Shown one piece after another: positions 35,895 to 38,452 of a stretch of DNA of 38,452 nucleotides. The first letter of the stretch is position 1, and each line of letters begins with the position of its first letter. The stretch is from a virus. Taxonomy: Duplodnaviria > Heunggongvirae > Uroviricota > Caudoviricetes. Both the position numbers and the translations under genes were made by a program. Under the pieces are notes generated by a model that saw nothing but the letters and a program-made list of their open reading frames with translations, did not search any database and was not told the DNA's origin. The DNA lies in the IMG/VR virus record IMGVR_UViG_2728369592_000010, positions 1 to 38,452 of that record, one strand, 5' to 3'.

Positions 35895-36537
35895 GAAATA
35901 CACACTAATCTATGCAGATCCACCCTGGGTATACCGGGACAAAGCCGCAGATGGTAATCGCGGTGCCAGTTTTAAATATCCGGTTATGAGTGTGATGGAT
36001 ATCTGCCGCCTTCCTGTGTGGGATTTGGCCGATGAAAACTGTCTGTTGGCCATGTGGTGGGTGCCAACACAACCACTCGAAGCGCTAAAAGTTGTTGAAG
36101 CCTGGGGATTCCGTCTGATGACCATGAAGGGCTTCACGTGGATAAAATGTGGTAGTCGACAACCAGATAAACTGGTTATGGGTATGGGACACATGACTCG
36201 CGCCAATAGTGAAGATTGCCTGTTTGCAGTAAAGGGAAAACTACCTCCACGCATTAATGCAGGGATCGTTCAGTCATTTACCGCACCGCGGCTTGAGCAT
36301 TCAAGAAAACCAGATGTCGTTCGTGAAAAACTTGTGCAATTGTTAGGCGATGTTTCTCGCATTGAACTGTTCGCCCGCCAGACGTCTCATGGCTTCGATG
36401 TTTGGGGTAATCAGTGCGAAGACCCGGCAGTGCAACTACACCCTGGATACGCGTTGGATATTGGCGGATTAACAAATGCATTCAGCAATGCTCCGGTGTC
36501 ACCAATAGACAACCAGGGGCGGGAGCGTGCAGCATGA
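35887..36537 (+). CDS. MT-A70 family DNA N6-adenine methyltransferase
   Basis: Catalytic DPPW motif in [10 protein letters not shown] near the N-terminus. Confidence 0.85.
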   Translation: MTKKYTLIYADPPWVYRDKAADGNRGASFKYPVMSVMDICRLPVWDLADENCLLAMWWVPTQPLEALKVVEAWGFRLMTMKGFTWIKCGSRQPDKLVMGMGHMTRANSEDCLFAVKGKLPPRINAGIVQSFTAPRLEHSRKPDVVREKLVQLLGDVSRIELFARQTSHGFDVWGNQCEDPAVQLHPGYALDIGGLTNAFSNAPVSPIDNQGRERAA

Positions 36538-37193
36538 ACCTATATCAACGCATCAATGGCGCTGACTGGTGCAATATCTTCGTCGTCGGCGATCTGCATG
36601 GGTGCTACACGCTGCTGATGAACGAACTCGACAAAGTTTCATTCGACCCGGCGCGCGATTTACTTATTTCCGTTGGTGACCTTGTTGACCGCGGCGCTGA
36701 AAACGTCGAATGCCTGGATTTGATTACTATGCCGTGGTTCCGAGCTGTTCGTGGCAACCATGAGCAGATGATGCTGGATGCACTGGTCAACGGCGGAAGT
36801 TTCGGACATTGGATGTCAAACGGCGGTGGATGGTGGCACCAACTTGATTCTGAGCAGGATGTGCAACTCAAATACCTTCTGCCAAAGATTACCAACCTCC
36901 CGATGATTATCGAACTGGTTACCGGCAATAAGAAGGTCGTCATCTGTCACGCAGACTACCCGCACAACGAATACGCATTCGATAAGCCAGTACCAGAAGA
37001 AATGGTGATATGGAATCGTGAGCGGGTTAGCGACGCGCAGGACGGTATTGTCTCGGAGATAACCGGTGCCGATTTGTTCATCTTCGGTCATACGCCAGCA
37101 CATCACCCACTGGTGTATGCAAACCAGATGTACATCGACACCGGCGCAGTGTTCTGCGGAAATCTGACGCTTACCAAAGTCCAGGAAGGATAG
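36534..37193 (+). CDS. Lambda-type serine/threonine protein phosphatase (metallophosphoesterase)
   Basis: Motifs GDLHG, GDLVDRG and GNHE; start at ATG 36534 overlapping the methylase stop (ATGA); ORF-track start 36414 rejected. Confidence 0.85.
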   Translation: MNLYQRINGADWCNIFVVGDLHGCYTLLMNELDKVSFDPARDLLISVGDLVDRGAENVECLDLITMPWFRAVRGNHEQMMLDALVNGGSFGHWMSNGGGWWHQLDSEQDVQLKYLLPKITNLPMIIELVTGNKKVVICHADYPHNEYAFDKPVPEEMVIWNRERVSDAQDGIVSEITGADLFIFGHTPAHHPLVYANQMYIDTGAVFCGNLTLTKVQEG

Positions 37194-37195
37194 AA

Positions 37196-38452
37196 TTATT
37201 TATTACTGTCTTCCATCCACCTCTCAAACTTCGACGGGGAGAACGGAATCAGATCCGTATGCTCCCCGTTAATCCAGGAATCAATCATATCGGCCCACTG
37301 CTGCAACATGTAGGCGCGCTGTCTGGCGTATTCCGCTTTGTTATATACGGCGCGCACACCTTTCTGCTCATGTGCCAGAGCCTTTTCAATCCAGTCTGAA
37401 GGATAACCAGCCTCATGCAACAACGTACTTGCTGTACGGCGCATATCGTGTACGGTGAAGTCCTGAATATGCTCACCATCTTCATTTATTATTTTCACCG
37501 TTCTGTCGATCAGAGAGTTCAGCGCGGCATTAGATAATGGCTTCCGGAAATTGTAACGACCAGGAACCAGATATTCACTTCCACCAGCGCACATCTGCAA
37601 CCCAACCAATATATCCTGTGCCTGTTTAGGCAGGTAAATAACGTGCGCCCGGCTTCCCTTCATGCGGTCTGAAGGAATTGTCCATGTCCATTTTTTAAAA
37701 TCTATTTCGTCCCACGTTGCATTAGTGAATTCTCCTTTACGAACCATAGTGATAAGCACCAGCTTTAAAGCCATTTTCATAGTGCCCATAGCACCAATGG
37801 CATCCAGCGTGCGGAAGAACAGGCCAATTTCTTCTGGTGTCAGTGTTCGCTCTCGTGGTTTAAATATGGCGATAGACGAAGGTTTAATGTCAGCCGCAGG
37901 ATTAAACAAACCATGACCACGGTCATTGGCGTGACGGTATACGCTGCTGATGATCTCCCTGGCCTGTACTGCTGTTGCACGGCCACCGCGTTCGACAATC
38001 CGGTCACACAAATCACGAACCATCGATGTGGTAATTTCAGCCATCATTTTGTTGCCAAGAACCGGAAGTATGTCACGGTCGATCACCGCCTGCTTCATTG
38101 CGCGGGTACTGTCAGCCAGGATGACGTGTTTCATATAACTGTCGGTATGTACCGCAAACGTCTCGGCACCACGAATCTTTTTGATACCGTCACGTTTAGC
38201 CGCAGCCGGCGACTGGCCTGCTTTAAGCAGCTTCTTTGCAGCAATCAGTTCTTCTCGCGCTTCTGCCAGGCTGATACCGTCACGCCCATACTGCCCGATT
38301 ACCAGTGTTTCGCGGCGACCGTTGATACGGTAGTCATAGCGAAACGAGACCGTGCCTGACGTAAGCACAGCTACATACAGCCCGTCACGATCGGAGACCT
38401 TGTACAGTTTGTCCTGCGGCTTGAGGTTTTTTAATTTTGTATCGGTAAGCAC
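37196..38452 (-). CDS. int: Tyrosine recombinase / phage integrase (P4-like), start at or just beyond the window edge
   Basis: N-terminus LTDTKLKNLKP typical of P4-type integrases; C-terminal HDMRRT and downstream Tyr catalytic motifs; first in-window codon is GTG at 38452. Confidence 0.9.
   Translation of the reverse strand: MLTDTKLKNLKPQDKLYKVSDRDGLYVAVLTSGTVSFRYDYRINGRRETLVIGQYGRDGISLAEAREELIAAKKLLKAGQSPAAAKRDGIKKIRGAETFAVHTDSYMKHVILADSTRAMKQAVIDRDILPVLGNKMMAEITTSMVRDLCDRIVERGGRATAVQAREIISSVYRHANDRGHGLFNPAADIKPSSIAIFKPRERTLTPEEIGLFFRTLDAIGAMGTMKMALKLVLITMVRKGEFTNATWDEIDFKKWTWTIPSDRMKGSRAHVIYLPKQAQDILVGLQMCAGGSEYLVPGRYNFRKPLSNAALNSLIDRTVKIINEDGEHIQDFTVHDMRRTASTLLHEAGYPSDWIEKALAHEQKGVRAVYNKAEYARQRAYMLQQWADMIDSWINGEHTDLIPFSPSKFERWMEDSNK

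Larger units (their letters stand above)
1144..38452. mobile_element. Integrated temperate podophage-like prophage (epsilon15/phiV10-like virion module with lambdoid immunity/replication modules); right end runs off the window, left end approximate
   Basis: Contiguous phage gene order from integrase (window edge) through immunity, replication, nin-like, packaging, head, tail and lysis genes; close packing with ATGA/TAATG start-stop overlaps; bidirectional terminator at 1112-1143 marks the likely left limit. Confidence 0.8.

Noticed and set aside
36414-37193. ORF-track version of the phosphatase with a 40-aa N-terminal extension
   Set aside because: Extension overlaps the methylase in another frame; conserved phosphatase sequence starts at ATG 36534 with SD and ATGA coupling
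1-38452. Insertion sequences or transposases
   Set aside because: No transposase-like ORF or terminal inverted repeats recognised; the only recombinase is the prophage integrase

Overview
The window is almost entirely one temperate podophage-like prophage (about 1.14 kb to the right edge), with all lytic-direction genes on the minus strand and the lysogeny/early-left arm on the plus strand. Right to left on the minus strand: P4-type tyrosine integrase (at the window edge), Cro-like gene, lambda O-like initiator with internal iterons, lambda P-like loader, a nin-like block of small genes (DUF1064, DUF551, DUF2591-like), terminase small and large subunits, portal, scaffold, major capsid, T7 gp11/gp12-like tail tube proteins, three large internal virion proteins, a tailspike whose N-terminus I recall (from memory, unverified) as epsilon15/phiV10-like, and a lysis cassette (two membrane proteins, GH19 endolysin, embedded Rz/Rz1). 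On the plus strand: a tandem-HTH repressor with no recognisable autocleavage domain, RecE-like exonuclease plus RecT, AlpA-like excisionase, MT-A70 adenine methylase and a lambda-type Ser/Thr phosphatase. The best candidate for an undescribed system is a 1.6 kb cargo island inserted between terminase and portal: a phage-borne tRNA-Arg(UCU) with a long GC-rich leader, followed by an AT-rich, AGA-codon-using gene for a membrane-anchored coiled-coil protein that converges on the terminase gene. Two regulatory layers are also visible: a perfect LexA box in front of a small opposite-strand gene beside the tailspike (candidate SOS antirepressor), and a 15-17 bp palindrome TTACC-N5-GGTAA at about eleven intergenic sites that looks like a genome-wide operator network. 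Positions 1-1071 carry two plus-strand genes (glycine-zipper lipoprotein, secreted coiled-coil protein) that are either host flank or bor-like morons. All product calls rest on motif recall and gene order; no database search was run.
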